Shown one piece after another: positions 1 through 13,722 of a DNA stretch of 64,000 nucleotides. Within the stretch, counting starts at the first letter, position 1. Every line of letters begins with the position of its first letter. The position numbers and the translations under genes are program-made. The stretch is taken from the NCBI RefSeq assembly GCF_963921235.1, contig NC_086097.1, positions 204,416,001 through 204,480,000 on the forward strand, written 5' to 3'. The notes beneath the pieces were generated by a model. That model saw only the letters and a program-made list of their open reading frames with translations, was not told the origin of the DNA and searched no databases. The stretch is from Mobula hypostoma. Lineage: Eukaryota.

Positions 1-574
1 AAGGATAGATATCACCAAACTTGACTAATCTGCCTTTGTTCAGCCCACTGCAGGCAGCATACATACTTGGTGATTTCGTTCATTAAGGTGATTTTGACTT
101 GCAGTCTATATGAGCCATTCTAATAACTAGATTAGTGCTTCAAAGTGGTGTAATTTGGGGAAGTGAGCTAAGCCCTCAGCCTATCTGATGTTGGAAGAAT
201 TAATAGAGATGGAAAAGAGGAAAGATTCGGACAACTCATAGGAGATCAGAAAGCACTCCAGTGACAAAGCATGAAGGCAAGACGAATAGAAAATTTATGA
301 GGCAATATGAAGAAAAGCAGGAATCAGTAGCCTCATATGGATGAGTCTAACTTCAAATGTTCCATGTTACCAAATGGGTCACCCACTACACAATGTACCA
401 CAGCATTATTCACCTACCCATATCTCTGCCAGTCAGGGCTCACATCTCTAACATTCATTTGCCATTTCACTCCCTCACACTGTTACCCTGTTCCAAGCAT
501 TACATGTACACTTTGCTGTTTGACATTATGTTCTGTCTAATGGCTAATGGCTCTGCTTCTATTCCAGCATTCGC

Positions 575-928
575 AGAGGGCATAGATTGAGCAGATAGCC
601 AGAGTCTTTTCCAGGGCTTTTATGGCTAAGATAAGGAGGCATAATTTTAAGGTGATTGGAAGTATGGCAGTGGGGGGCAGTTTTTATAAAAAATCAGACA
701 GAGTGGTTGGTGCATGGAAAGAGCTGCTGCGTGGGGGAGGGCAATGGTTGGAAGCAGGGGCAGATATATTTGTGTCATTTAAGAGACCCTTAGGCACATG
801 GATGACATAAAAACGGAAGGCTATTAGGAGTGAACACTCAGATTGATCTTGGTGTAGGTTAAAAGGTTGGCATAACATTGGGAGCTAAAGGACCTGTACT
901 GCGCTGTATTGTCCGATGTTCTATGTTC
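575..928 (+). mobile_element. CR1 LINE 3' fragment, degraded
   Basis: RT C-terminal remnant (RRHNFKVIG...RVVGAW) and TTCTATGTTC tail, similar to other CR1 ends in the window. Confidence 0.75.
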
Positions 929-1049
929 ACCGGACAGATAAGAGAATCAAGCTTTTCAAATCAGCGTTTCCACCCTTATTTGCAATCACTCACCTCTAAA
1001 GTGCTCTCCATGTTGTTCGCATATCCAACACCAAATATCAGAAACAGAC

Positions 1050-1467
1050 TGTCACCAGGTTCAGATATGGCCCAACTGCGGAGTGAGAGACACTGAAGCA
1101 GGTCGATAGTTCACAGACTTTAATGCAAACAATGTTAAAGGGAAAAGAAAACAATAAGCGCTAGGCAAAAATAGGGCTGTTAACTAAAACTCTCAGATGG
1201 AAAACGAAGCCTATACTGCAGCTGAAAAACAAACAACTAAGAATAAAATGAGTACTGCTAGTCTTCAGAGTCAGTTGATTTGACAGCCCAATTTCTCAGG
1301 CAAGGCAGAATGCAGGCAGTGAAGCATTGCTGTATCCAAGTCTCGACAAGCACTACAACGACAAATATGAAGTTAAATAGTCTCACAATGAAATAATTAG
1401 CTGACACGTGCATATACACAGGTGCAATCACCGTATCTACTGCGATACCGAATCTGTGGGTGTTACA
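1050..1467 (-). repeat. 3' LTR (~418 bp) of the chromoviral Gypsy
   Basis: On minus: purine tract AGAGAAGGGGGCCC directly before TGTAACA (1467); ends GGTGACA (1050); ATTAAA near 1119-1124. Confidence 0.75.
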
Positions 1468-3919
1468 GGGCCCCCTTCTCTAGGCGCAACCTCTAAGGTG
1501 CCACAGACCTGTGTCCGCTGAAAGTCCCGGATCAGCGACTTGTCTGAGATATCCTTCACCAGCAGCCAAGTACGTTCTTCTGGGCCATACCCTTCCCAGT
1601 CCATAAGGTACTGTATCTTACCACATACCCGGCGAGATGCCAGAAGGCGCCCCACCGTATAGACAAGGAAACCATCTACCTGGTGGGGAGGAGGGGGAGG
1701 TGGGGTGACTGGGGCCAGGGGAGAGGTAGTAACCGGCTTGAGCTGGCAAACATAGAATACTGGGTGGATTTTCAGTGATACGAGTGGACGCAATCTATAG
1801 GACACCTTGTTGACAGCCTTTTCCACTACAAACAGTCTCATATAACGTGGTGCCAATTTCCAGCTCTTGACTTCCAGGGGAAGATCCCTTGATGCCAACT
1901 AGACCTCCTTTCCTGGCTTGAATGGCCTTACCTGTTGACAGAGTCGGTCAGCCTGCCGGGAATGTTGTTCCTGGGCGCGCAGCAAAGAATCTCTGGCTCA
2001 TCTCCAGGTGCGCTTGTAGCGCTGGATCAGCTATCAGTAGCAGGAACTCCTACATCAATCTCCTGATCAGGGAAGTGCAGGGGCTGGAATCCCTTCTGGC
2101 ATTCAAAGAGAGACATACCAGTGGAGGACGACTGGAGGTTATTGTGGGCGATCTCGGCCTAAGCCAATTGGGAGCTCCAGGATGTGGGGTTGGAAGAGGC
2201 AAGACAGCACAGGGTTGTCTCCAACTCCTGGTTCATTCTCTCAGTCTGGCCATTAGATTGGGGGTAGAAGCCAGACGAGAGGCAGGCCGTGTCTCCTACA
2301 AAACAGCAGAAAGCCTTCCAAAAGCAGGAAGTGAACTGTGGTCCACGATCCGACACGATGTCTTGAGGAAAGCCATGGAGAGTGGCAGTCTCACGAGCTG
2401 ATGGGAGCCTGGGGAGGGCAGGTGGGGGCAGACCAGGGATGAAATCTACTAAGAGGTGGGACCAGGGGCGGTGGGGCACAGGCAGTGGACATAATAGACC
2501 CCCAGAACGCTGGCATGATGTTGTTCTGAGCCCAGGTGGGATAGGCAGATACAAAGCTGTGGGCATCCTGGGACATAGATAGCCAACATTGTCTCTTTAT
2601 AAACTCCTGAGTCCGTTGAATTCCCGGATGTCCAGCCGGACGGGAGGAGTGACCCCATTCTAACACTTTGGAAGACACCACAGTAGGGACAATCAGCTGG
2701 TTGGGAGGTCACCCACCCGGGCCTGGATCTGATTGCTGGGCAGCCCCCTCCTCTGCCTCTATTCCCCAGATCACCGGAACAGTGACACACGAGCGAGGAA
2801 GAATAGGCTCTGGATCGGCATTGTCCTCAGATCCGTCGAAGTGCCAGGAGAGAGCATTGGCCTTTGTATTCTTGCTGCCGGGACGATACGTGAGGATGAA
2901 ATTGAAATGTGTGAAGGAGAGCCCAGTCGAGACTCTTAGCATCCTGAATATAGGAGAGGCTCTTGTGATCTGTCCAGACCAAGAATGGATGCTCTGCCCC
3001 CTTCACCCATTATTGTCATTCCTCCAGGGCCTCCTTGACAACTAGAAGCTCCTGCTTCCCAACATCATAATTCCTCTCGGCCGGAGTCAAGCAACGGGAA
3101 AGAAAGGCACAAGGGTGCAGCCGGGTATCTGCAGATGAGCGCTGAGAGAGGACAGCTCCAGTGCCTACATCAGGGGCATCCACCTCGACAATGAATGGCT
3201 GAGATGAGATGGGTCTGGGTGTTGCAGCAGTGGGGCAGTGGTGAAATTTCACTTTATCTCGGAAAATGCTTGGTCGGCATCGTCCATCCAGTGGAATCCT
3301 GCCGAGGCCTTCTTGGTGAGTGCATTAATTGGAGCCATGATAGAGCCGAAATTCCGGATGAAGCGGCGATTAAAAGTTCGCAAACCCCATGAAGCGCCTT
3401 ACAGGCTTCACTGTAGATGGTTTGAGGCACTCTGCAACTGCCTGAACTTTACTACGGCTCATTTGAACACTGAATGGGGTAAGTATATAGCCCCAAAACG
3501 ACACCTGGTCTTTATGGAATTCACATTTTTCAGGCTTGGCGTACAGGTTATTTTCAAGAAGCCATCTGAATACTCTCCAGACATGCTCCTGCTGAGAGCG
3601 GGAATAGATAAGGATGTTATCTAAATACACAGAATGGTTCAACATGTCCCTGAGCACATCGTTAACCAAAGTCTGGAGTACAGCGAGTGCCAGACCAAAA
3701 GGCATCACCAGGTACTCAGTGGCCATTAGGTGTTGAAAACCATTTTCCACTCATCTCTGATGCGAATTAGATTGTAAGCTTTGCGCAGATCAATTTTGGA
3801 AAATATGGTTGCTCCTTGGAGTTGTTCAAATGCAGATGCCGGCAAGGGAAGTGGGTAGCATTTCTTCAGTGATGCTGTTCAGGGGCCGATAATCGATGCA
3901 GGGATGGAGCTTGCCATCA
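1050..3919 (-). mobile_element. pol: Ty3/Gypsy chromovirus (sushi-like) LTR retrotransposon, 5'-truncated pol plus 3' LTR
   Basis: Minus-strand fragments in RT-RH-IN order: [73 protein letters not shown], chromodomain QYLMDWEGYGPEERTW; many frameshifts. Confidence 0.93.
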
Positions 3920-4236
3920 GTTATGTGTTTTTCATGTGGCTCCTCTTCCAACAGTTTATTCTGTGCTTCGTGTCCCTGGAGAGTTTTTCCTGTAATGCTC
4001 AGCTACAAGAAGAATGACTGGTGAGGGAAAAGGTGAAAGCAGCTTTGGTCTCAGGACAAATTTCATCATTTCCTGTACATCAATATCTGTGTACTTCACA
4101 AGCTCCGAAAAAGTCTAGAAACTAGAAAGTTATAGAAATCAATCATCCTCCAACAAGCAAATAATGATTCCTCTAAATAACCTTGGCAAGGGTCCTTCCT
4201 TCTGCTGAGAGTATATTTATTGTTAGTTGCATTGTT

Positions 4237-4650
4237 CTTCCAAGAGGACCTCAACCTTGTCATCATTTGGAGGCCTGTGTGCCTCAATGACCCGGAGAGC
4301 TATGTTGGCTGGAGTCAGGGCTTTATGCTTTGGCCCTTGCTAGGGTCACGTATACCAAACAGGTCAAAGGGTAGAGGCCAGACTAAAAGTGGTCCACTGG
4401 TCCTCTAGGCTGGAGGGTTCAGGTCAGAGCTAACAACCCTGACTGGAAAAACAAAATAATTACAAAAACAGCAATGAAGAAACCTTCTACATCTTAGTGA
4501 GATGGTAGTCCATCCGGGACTTGCATAACTGACAGTTGTGAAAACCAAGAGGAAGCTACTGACATGATGGAGGAAGCCCTGAACACCACCAGAAATGGAG
4601 GATCTTCATTGCTGCCCTAAACTCCAGCAGCATAATGGGAGGTAAGTAAG
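4237..4650 (+). mobile_element. Non-autonomous bipartite RTE derivative (RTE 5' UTR fused to RTE 3' end; Bov-A-like architecture)
   Basis: RTE/BovB 5'UTR-like motifs (AACCTTGTC, CTCAATGA, GAGCTATG, TAGGGTCAC, GTGGTCCACTGG); 3' GCTGCCCTA...(TAAG)n tail; TSD TAG(T/G)TGCATTGTT at 4224-4236 and 4651-4663. Confidence 0.7.
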
Positions 4651-4744
4651 TAGGTGCATTGTTGATGTCTAATTTGGCAGCACTTCTGCCAAATCAACAT
4701 TACATCAGAACTGATGTCAGAGTCTTTCTATTCTCTCCATTTGG

Positions 4745-4915
4745 TAGCTGTTGTCACTGCACACTCTTCCCTCCGCTGCCTGTAAGGAGTTTGTATGTTC
4801 TGCCCATGACCGCATCGGTTTCCTCCAGGTGCCCTGGTTTCCTCGCCCATTCCAAAGATGTACTGGATGATAGGTCATTGTAAACTGGGTAATTGCTAGG
4901 CAGCACGACTGTATG
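4745..4915 (+). mobile_element. V-SINE (HE1-like) fragment
   Basis: V-domain GGAGTTTGTATGTTCTGCCC...GGTTTCCTCCAGGTGCCCTGGTTTCCTC...CCAAAGA. Confidence 0.8.
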
Positions 4916-6009
4916 TCAATAAAATAAAAAAGTACAATCACCAATAACCATATTGAAACCAGGTTGTCACCTATAATACTTGAAAAACAGGTCTAATGTA
5001 GAAGAATATTGCAATCCGGGTCTCTGTATTTTCATTTTTATGGTGTCAAAATAGTATTTATTCAGTAAAGCTAGAGGTTCAGGTTTAAAGCAATTCAGAA
5101 AATATTATTGCAGATTTACAGTTCCATTTGTTTATTGCAATGCTCTGAAACAGGAATTTTAGTTTTCTGTCACTTTGAAGCCATTCGAACTTGTCCTTAT
5201 TGGTGCAGAAGTGCTATGGCAATTTCATATGACACATGACAGTTCAGAAGATGCAGGATCACCATGTCCCACATTTGAAAGATTAACATGTCATTGATTG
5301 GCTTACCATGAAATACATTAGACATGTGAATTTATTATATTTGCCCACTATGAATGAATAATACAGAAAGATATATCAATTCCAGCATCAGGAATTTCTT
5401 GCTAATGTCGAAATCTATTAATTACTGATGATCAAACACTCTGGAGCTGAGAAATAACTCCTACAGATGTGGAGTCTCTTTCTTACAGTAACTAATAATT
5501 AAAATGCTAATACTAAAATATATTTGACTTTTCCTTTGTACTTTTTTCCACTTTAATCCAATTTTTTTATCTTTCCCTTTCCTTTTCTGTGCCTAGTTTG
5601 ATATTGAATTCACTCATTTTTATTAAAATTTCCATCTCCTTCCTTGTCCTGTCAGTTTCATATTTAGTTCAATTAATTTGACTTGTTCAGTAAGAGTGCA
5701 GAAGCTTTGATTCCCAATCACAATCAGCTTAGCAACTTGTCACCAAAACTCTGAAATCCTAGCCATATTGGATCATAGCATCACAAAGAAATTGCAGCAC
5801 AGAAGCTGGCCATTCTGCCTATTAACTCTGTGCCATCACTTTGCAAAAGCAATAGTGCTAGTCCTACTCTCACCTCATGGCCCATTTCCCTTTGTAGTAT
5901 TTGACCATCTTTTCTCTGAATGCCATGATAGAACCTGACTTCATGATCCAACCTTCAGCAGAACATTCCACATTCTTCATATCCTTAGTTTCAAGGACAG
6001 CAAGTAATT

Positions 6010-6715
6010 TTGAATTGAATTGACTATTTCTTACATCCTTCACAAGCATGAGGAGTTAAAATCTTTATGTTATGTCTCCATCTAAATGTGCAATGTGCAA
6101 TCATAGTAATTTATAATAATTTATAATAAAATAGAAGAGTCAATGTAACATAGAAATACACTCAAATCAGCATGAATTAATCAATCTGATGGCCTGGTGG
6201 AAGCAACTGTCCCGGAGCCTGTTGGTCCTGGCTTTTATGCTGCAAAAACCGTTTCCCAGATGGTAGCAGCTGGAATAGATTGTGGTAGGGGTGACTCGGG
6301 TCCCCAATGATTCTTTGGGCCCTTTTTTTTTACACCTGTCTTTGTAAATGTCCTGAATCATGGGAAGTTCACAACTACAGATGCGCTGGGCTGTCCGCAC
6401 TGGTCTCTGCAGAATCCTGCGACTAAGGAAGGTACAGTTCCCATACCAGGCAGTGATGCAGCCAGTCAGAATGCTCTCAATTGTGCCCCTGTAGAAAGTT
6501 CTTAGGATTTGGGTGTTCATACCAAACTTCCTCAACCATCTGAGGTGAAAGAGACATTGCTGTGCCTTTGAAAGGTGTGTACAGACCATGTAAGGTCCTC
6601 GGTGATGTGGATGCCGAGGAACTTAAAAGCTGTTTACCCTATTAACCCCAGATCCATTGATGTCAATAGGGGTTAACCTGTCTCCATTCCTTCAGTAATC
6701 CATAATCAGCTTCTT
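6010..6715 (-). mobile_element. Rex1/Babar LINE 3' fragment
   Basis: ORF 6167-6589 KAQQCLFHLRWLRKFG..FYRGTIESILTGCITAWYG; (TCAAT)n-type tail at 6010-6024. Confidence 0.85.
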
Positions 6716-7304
6716 TCCAGTCTATGGAGAAATACTTTAGAAAGAGTGATGATTTCAAAGGTCTTCTGAATTACTTGACCACTGTCCTCCTCCCTGGTAG
6801 TCACCCAGTTTCTTCCTGTCTGCACTCTCCTGACCATGCTATGAAACATGCTATCCACAAAATATTCTGACTCACAGGGATATCAGTTCAAGTTTCAAAA
6901 TCCTGCCCATGAGCTCTTTGAGTTGATACCTTTTCATGCAATTGTATGCATTCCTACAGCCGTTTTTTATTTCCGTTTCTACCAAAAGGTGCTGTTTCAA
7001 TGCCTTTGTAATGTATGTGTGAATCTTTTCTATTAGGAAAATGGATTGAGTTCACAAGTGAATCTACAACTGGATTGAGATCTGAACTATGGCTCCTGCC
7101 TTCTGCATTCACGGTACCAGAGTGTTATACTTCCTCTCACAATTAATTCAGTTACCCAGAGTAGAAAAAATCGGAAACAGATTTAGCAGATGATGGTGCC
7201 AATAACGTGTATTTTCAACAACAAGAGCCAAACTTATTCTAATTTGCTCAGCTATCCAAATATGTTCAATCCTGCAGAGAGTACTAAAATTGGATAGTAG
7301 CATG

Positions 7305-9728
7305 AATGAAAAAAGCTCTTCTTGGGCTTCCACAAGATACAGGTATTGATTATAACCAATGGTTCAATGACAAATTCCACCATTTTCACCAGGGCTGATG
7401 CCTGGGTATATCTAGTCTGGTGGTACTGTATTTATTGCCTGTCCCTCCTGATTGGTTAGTCTTCATCCTATCAAGTTTCTGCTCTCCCACCTTGTTAACA
7501 ATCAAATTCCAGTTCTTACTTAGAGTGAGGCCTTTGCCTTTGTTAAACTTCTTTTTTCCTAGTTTTATTTCAATGGCTTTCTTTACCAGGAGGTCCCAAA
7601 AGCCATTTGCGTGGCACAGTAGTTTTGTGCTGAAGTCAATCCTATGGTTATTGTGAATACAATGTTTTGCTACTGCTAATTTCTCCAGGTAACCCAAATG
7701 GATACACCACCTGTGCTCCTTGATGTGAGTTTCCACCATACGTTCTGACTGGCCAATATACATTGTGCCGCATTCACAGGGAATCCTGTAAGCACCTGCT
7801 GACCTGAGTTCCAGGTCATCTTTGACCTGCATAAGCTGTGACTTGAGCTTCTTACAGGTTTGTGGATGGTACTAATCCAGTATTTCTTCAGGATCCTGGT
7901 GATCATTCCAGAAACAGTGGAAATAAAGGGAAGACAGGCGGTAGCATCAGGTTCCTCCTTGTTGTTAGGTTTCCTGGTTTTTCTGTTAGCTCTTTTAAGG
8001 GCCAAATTGATTTCCTTCACCTTGTAGCTACTCTGTAGAAGCATTGTCTGTAATCATCTTATTTACTCGAGGAGACTCCCTGGGACCAAAATAGTTTTTG
8101 CACAGCTAATCAAGGTTAAAAGAACCACTCTCCATTGGGATGTGTGATGGTGGCTGTTATTGTTGATGTAGAAGTCCATGTGAGTGTGTTTCTGATAGAT
8201 GCCAGGTCTGAGACTACCGTCCGGTTTCCATTGTATTAGAATGTCCTGGAACAGGAGGCAACCATACTTCTGCATCTCCATTGTAAATTGAATGTTTGGA
8301 TGTATGCTGTTCAGATGGTTGTGAAACCTTTGGAGTGCCTGGAGTCCATGAGGCCACACTATGAAGGTATCATTGGTGTATCTGAGGAAGCATTTGGGCT
8401 GTAAGGGCGATGAACTTAGAGCCCTTTCCTCAAAGTCCTTCATGCAGAAATTAGCAATATCTGGTGATAAGGGCGAACCCATGGCCACTCATAGTGGTTC
8501 CCCTTATAGAGGAAGTACATTGATGTAAAGGTGTGTTCAAAAAGGACACTGGTACCCTTATCAAACTTTGACTGCAGGAGGACCAAGCTGCTCTTAATGG
8601 GACACTTGTGAACAGGGACGCCATGTTGAAACTGACCATTATGTCCTCCGGGATCAGCTGGATTTTGGTTATCATTTTAAAGAAATCAGTGGAATTTGTG
8701 ATGTGATGCTCACAGTCCCCAACAAAGAGAGACAGCGTGGTCGTTAAATGTTTAGCAAGGTAGTAAGTCGGAGAACCCATCCCACTGATGATAGGCCTCA
8801 GGGCAGAACCCTCGTGGACATTCTAATATGACAGAAACTGGATATGGTGTCTATTGGAAAACAACTCACACGGATTTACACCTCAACAATAACAAGCCAC
8901 CATCATGCCTCCCATCATAGAGCAGTTCTTTCTGCTGTCATAACCGTGCAAAAACAATTTTGGACCTGGAGAGTCTCCCAATGGAAATAAGACAATTACG
9001 CACGATGTTCCTATGGTATGGTTACAAGGTAAGGAAATCAAGCTAACAATGAGGAGGAACCCATTGCTCCTGCATGTCTTCCCTATATTTTCATGGTTTC
9101 TGGAAGGATCACCAGGATCCTGAAGAAATACCAGATTAATTCCATCCACAAACCCGTAAGGAAGCTCAAGTCAGAGCTATTGCAGGTCAAAGATGACCTG
9201 GGACTCAGGTTGACTAACATTTACAGGATTCCCTGTGAATACAGAGCAGCATACATCGGCATGGTGGAAACCCGCATCAAGGAGCACAGGATGTGTATCC
9301 GTTTAGGTTACCCAGAGAAATCAGTGATAGTAGAACATTGTATTCAGAATGGCCATACAATTGACTTCGATAGCACCAAACAACATTGCTGAGCCAATGG
9401 CTTTTGGGACTGTCAAAGGCAGCCATTGAAATAAAACTAGAGCAAAAGAATTTTAACAAAGACAAAGGTCTTGCTCTAAGTAAGAACTAGAATCCGATTG
9501 TATACAAGGTGGGAGAGCAGAAACCTGATTTGATGAGGAATAACCAATCAGGTGGGATGGACAACAGGGTATAAATACCACTGGACTAGACATGCCTAGG
9601 CATCATCCTTGAGGAAGGTGGTGGAGTTTGTCATTGAAATGTCAGTTATAATCAATCCCTGTAGAAGGCTGGAGCCTGAGAAGCCTGTATATGTCACTTA
9701 CGGCAGGAAAACACCGGATCCCTTTTAC
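7305..9728. mobile_element. Penelope-like element (Poseidon/Penelope-type) with two inverted arms: RT+GIY-YIG on minus (7305-~8820), 3' part on plus (~8835-9728)
   Basis: AMGSPLSP..IAN and RYTNDT RT motifs; GAYRIPCECGTMYIGQSER GIY-YIG and its homolog NIYRIPCEYRAAYIG on the other strand; TSD ATAGT(A/G)GCATG at 7294-7304 and 9729-9739. Confidence 0.85.
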
Positions 9729-9872
9729 ATAGTGGCATGTTGCCCTTCAATTATTTCTCCGTATTTAAGATTGCCTCTGAATGCAGATTTACCATATGAT
9801 GGCTCTTAAATTTACATTATCAACACATTAAGTATTATAGTTCCAAAATGCTTAAAATTTAGGATTAAGGAT

Positions 9873-12800
9873 CACTCACAACACGCTGGAGGAACTCAGC
9901 AGGTCGGGCAGGATCCGCGGAAACAATCAGTCAACGTTTCGGGCTGGAACCCTTCGTCACGACTGAAGAGTGAAGGGGCAGAGGCTCTATAAAGAACATA
10001 AAACATAGAACATAGAATAGTACAGCACAGTACAGGCCCTTCGGCCCACAATGTTGTGCCGACCCTCAAACCCTGCCTCCTATATAACCCCCCACCTTAA
10101 ATTCCTCCATATACCTGTCTAGTAGTCTCTTAAACTTCACGAGTGTATCTGCCTCCACCACTGACTCAGGTAGTGCATTCCACGCACCAACCACTCTCTG
10201 AGTAAAAAACTTTCCTCTAATATCCCCCTTGAACTTCCCACCCCTTACCTTAATGCCATGTCCTCTTGTATTGAGCAGTGGTGCCCTGGGGAAGAGGCGC
10301 TGGCTATCCACTCTATCTATTCCTCTTATTATCTTGTACACCTCTATCATGTCTCCCCTCATCCTCCTTCTCTCCAAAGAGTAAAGCCCTAGCTCCCTTA
10401 ATCTCTGATCATAATGCATACTCTCTAAACCAGGCAGCATTCTGGTAAATCTCCTCTGTACCCTTTCCAATGCTTCCACATCCTTCCTTATAGTGAGGCG
10501 ACCAGAACTGGACTCAATACTCCAAGTGTGGCCTAATCAGAGTTTTATAGAGCTGCATCATTACATCGTGACTCTTAAACGCTATCCCTCGACTTATGAA
10601 AGCTAACACCCCATAAGCTTTCTTAACTACCCTATCCACCTGTGAGGCAACTTTCAGGGATCAGTGGACATGTACCCCCAGATCCCTCTGCTGCTCCACA
10701 CTACCAAGTATCCTGCCATTTATTTTGTACTCTGCCTTGGAGTTTATCCTTCCAAAGTGTACCACCTCACACTTCTCCGGCTTGAACTCCATCTGCCACT
10801 TCTCAGCCCACTTCTGCATCTTATCAATGTCTCTCTGCAATCTTTGACAATCCTCTACACTATCTACAACACCACCAACCTTTGTGTCGTCTGCAAACTT
10901 GCCAACACACCGTTCTACCCCCACATTCAGGTCGTTAATAAAAATCACGAAAAGTAGAGGTCCCAGAACAGATCCTTGTGGGACACCACTAGTCACAATC
11001 CTCCAATCTGAATGTACTCCCTCCACCACGACCCTCTGCCTTCTGCAGGCAAGCCAATTCTGAATCCACCTGGCCAAACTTCCCTGGATCCCATGCTTTC
11101 TGACTTTCTGAATAAGCCTACCATGTGGAACGTTGTCAAATGCCTTACTGAAATCCATATAGATCACATCCACTGCACTACCCTCATCTATATGCCTGGT
11201 CACCTCCTCAAAGAACTCTATCAGGCTTGTTAGACACAATCTGCCCTTCACAAAGCCATGCTGATTGTCCCTGATCAGACCATGATTCTCTAAATGCCAG
11301 AGATCCTATCTCTAAGAATCTTTTCCAACAGCTGTCCCACCACAGACGTAATGCTCACTGGTCTATAATTATGCGGACTATCCCTACTAACTTTTTTTAA
11401 CAAGGGGACAACATTCGCCTCCTTCCAATCCTCCGGTACCATTCCCGTGGACAACGAGGATATAAAGATCCTAGCCAGAGGCTCAGCAATCTCAGAAGGC
11501 GGGGGGAGGGTGGGAAGGAGAAGGCTAGTAGGTTCCAGGTGACAAACCAGTAAGGGGTTGGGGAGGGGAAGCAGGTAGGTGGTAGGCAGGAAAGGTGAAG
11601 AAGGAATATGGGAAAGCACAATGGGTGGTAGAAGGAGGCGGAACCATGAGGGAGGTAGTAGGCAGCTGGTGGATGGGGCAGAGTGAAACTGGGATAGGGG
11701 AAGGGAGGGGAGACCCCTACATCACTGAGGCCAAATGGCAGCTCTCTGACACCTCCCCTTACTTACTCCTGGAACAAGACCCCACCAAAAAAACATCAAG
11801 CCATTGTCTCCCGTACCATCGCTGCCCTTATCAAACTCCAGAGATCTTCCATCCTCAGCCACTAAACTCATAATTCCCATACCCTGTACTGATCGGTTTT
11901 ACCTCTTCCCCAAGATCCACAAGCCTGACTGTCCCAGTAGACCCATAGTTTCTGCCTGCTCCTGTCCCACCGAACTTGTTTCTGCCTACCTGGACTCCAT
12001 TTTGTCACCCATAGTTCAGTCCCTCCCCACCTACATCTGGGATACATCCCATGCCCTCTACCTCTTCAATAACTTCCAGTTCCCCGGTCCCGACTGCTTC
12101 ATTTTCACTATGGATGTCCAATCCTTATACATTTCCATTCCCCATCAAGACCACCTCAAAGCCCTCCGCTACTTTCTGAACAATAGAGCTCACCAGTTCC
12201 CCAGCACCACTACTCTCCTCCGGTTGGCGGAACTGGTACTCAGACTTAATAACTTCTCTACTGGCTCTTCCCACTTTCTTCAGAACAAGGGTGTAGCTAT
12301 GGGCACTCGAATGGGCCCCAGCTATGCCTTCCTCTTCATTGGTTATGTGGAACAGTCTGTGCTCCAAACCTATACTGGTACTGCTCCCCAACTTTTCCTT
12401 CGCTACATTGACGACTACATTGGTGCTGCTTCCTGCACCCATGCTGAGCTCGTTAATTTCATTGACTTTGCTTCAAACTTCCACCCAGCCCTCAAATTCA
12501 CTTGGTCTATCTCGGACACTTCTCTCCCATTTCTAGATCTCTCAGTCTCCATTTCTGGAGACAGACTGTCCACTGACATCTTCTACAAGCCCACTAACTC
12601 TCATAACTACCTCGACTATACCTTTTCCCTTCTGCCGTCATCAATGATGCCCTCACCCGCATCTCCTACATTTCCCGCACTGCGGCCCTCACCCCATCCT
12701 CCTGCCACCACAACAGGGACAGAGTTCCCCTTTGTCCTCACCTACCACCTCACCAGCCTCCAGATCCAGCACATTATCCTCCGCATTTCCACCACATTCA

Positions 12801-13722
12801 ACAGGACCCCACCACTAAGCACATCTTTCCCTCTCCACCCCTCTCCGCTTTTCGCAGGGATCGTTCCCTCCACGACTCCCCGGTCCACACGTCCCTCCCC
12901 ACGGATCTCCCACCCGGCACTTATCCCTGTAAGCTTAGGTGCTACACCTGTCCCTACACCTCCTCTCTTGCCACCATTCAGGGCCCCAAACAGTCCTTCC
13001 AGGTGAGGCAACACTTCACTTATGAGTCTGTTGGGGTCATCTATTGCAACCGGTGCTCCCGGTGCGTCCTCCTCTATATCGGTGAAACCCAAAGCAGATT
13101 GGGGGACCGCTTCGTCGAGCACCTCCGCTCGGTCCTCCACAACAGACAGGATATCCTGGTTGCCACCCACTTCAACTCTGCTTCACATTCCCATTCAGAT
13201 ATGTCCATACATGACCTCCTCTACTGCCATGATGAGGCTAAACTCAGGTTGGAGGAGCAACACCTCATATTCCGTCTGGGTAGTCTCCAGCCCCTTGGTA
13301 TGAACACTAAATTCTCCAACTTTCGGTAATTCCCTCCCCCTCCCTTCTCCTATCCCAGTTTCACTCTGCCCCCTCCCCCAGCTGTCTACCACCTCCCTCA
13401 TGGTTCCGTCTCCTTCTACTACCCATTGTGTTTTCCCCTATTCTTTCATCACCTTTCCTGCCTATCACCTCCCTGCTTCCCCTCCCCCACCCCTTTATCT
13501 TTCCCCTTACTGGTTTTTCACCTGGAACCTACCAGCCTTCTCCTTCCCACCCTTCCCCGCACCTTTTTTATAGGGCCTCTGCCCCTTCCCCCTACAGTCC
13601 TGATGAAGGGTTCCGGCCCAAAACGTCGACCGATCTTTTCCACGGATGCTGCCCAACCTGCTGAGTTCCTCCAGCGTGTTGTGAGTGTTGCTTTGACCCC
13701 AGCATCTGCAAAGTATTTTGTG
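9873..13722 (+). mobile_element. Penelope-like element (Neptune-type): inverted pLTR arm (9873-9995 + 11494-11710), then RT-linker-GIY-YIG and pLTR on plus
   Basis: ORF 11804-13006 (PKIHK, RPIVS, MDVQSLY, GVAMGTRMGP, RYIDD); Cys linker GTYPCKLRCYTCPY; ORF 13003-13329 VIYCNRC..LYIGET; perfect 15-bp TSD TTTAGGATTAAGGAT at 9858-9872 and 13723-13737. Confidence 0.93.
9996..11493 (-). mobile_element. CR1 LINE, 5'-truncated, nested in the inverted arm of the Neptune element
   Basis: RT motifs [33 protein letters not shown]-terminus; (TTCTATG)n tail; pLTR sequence resumes on both sides. Confidence 0.95.
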
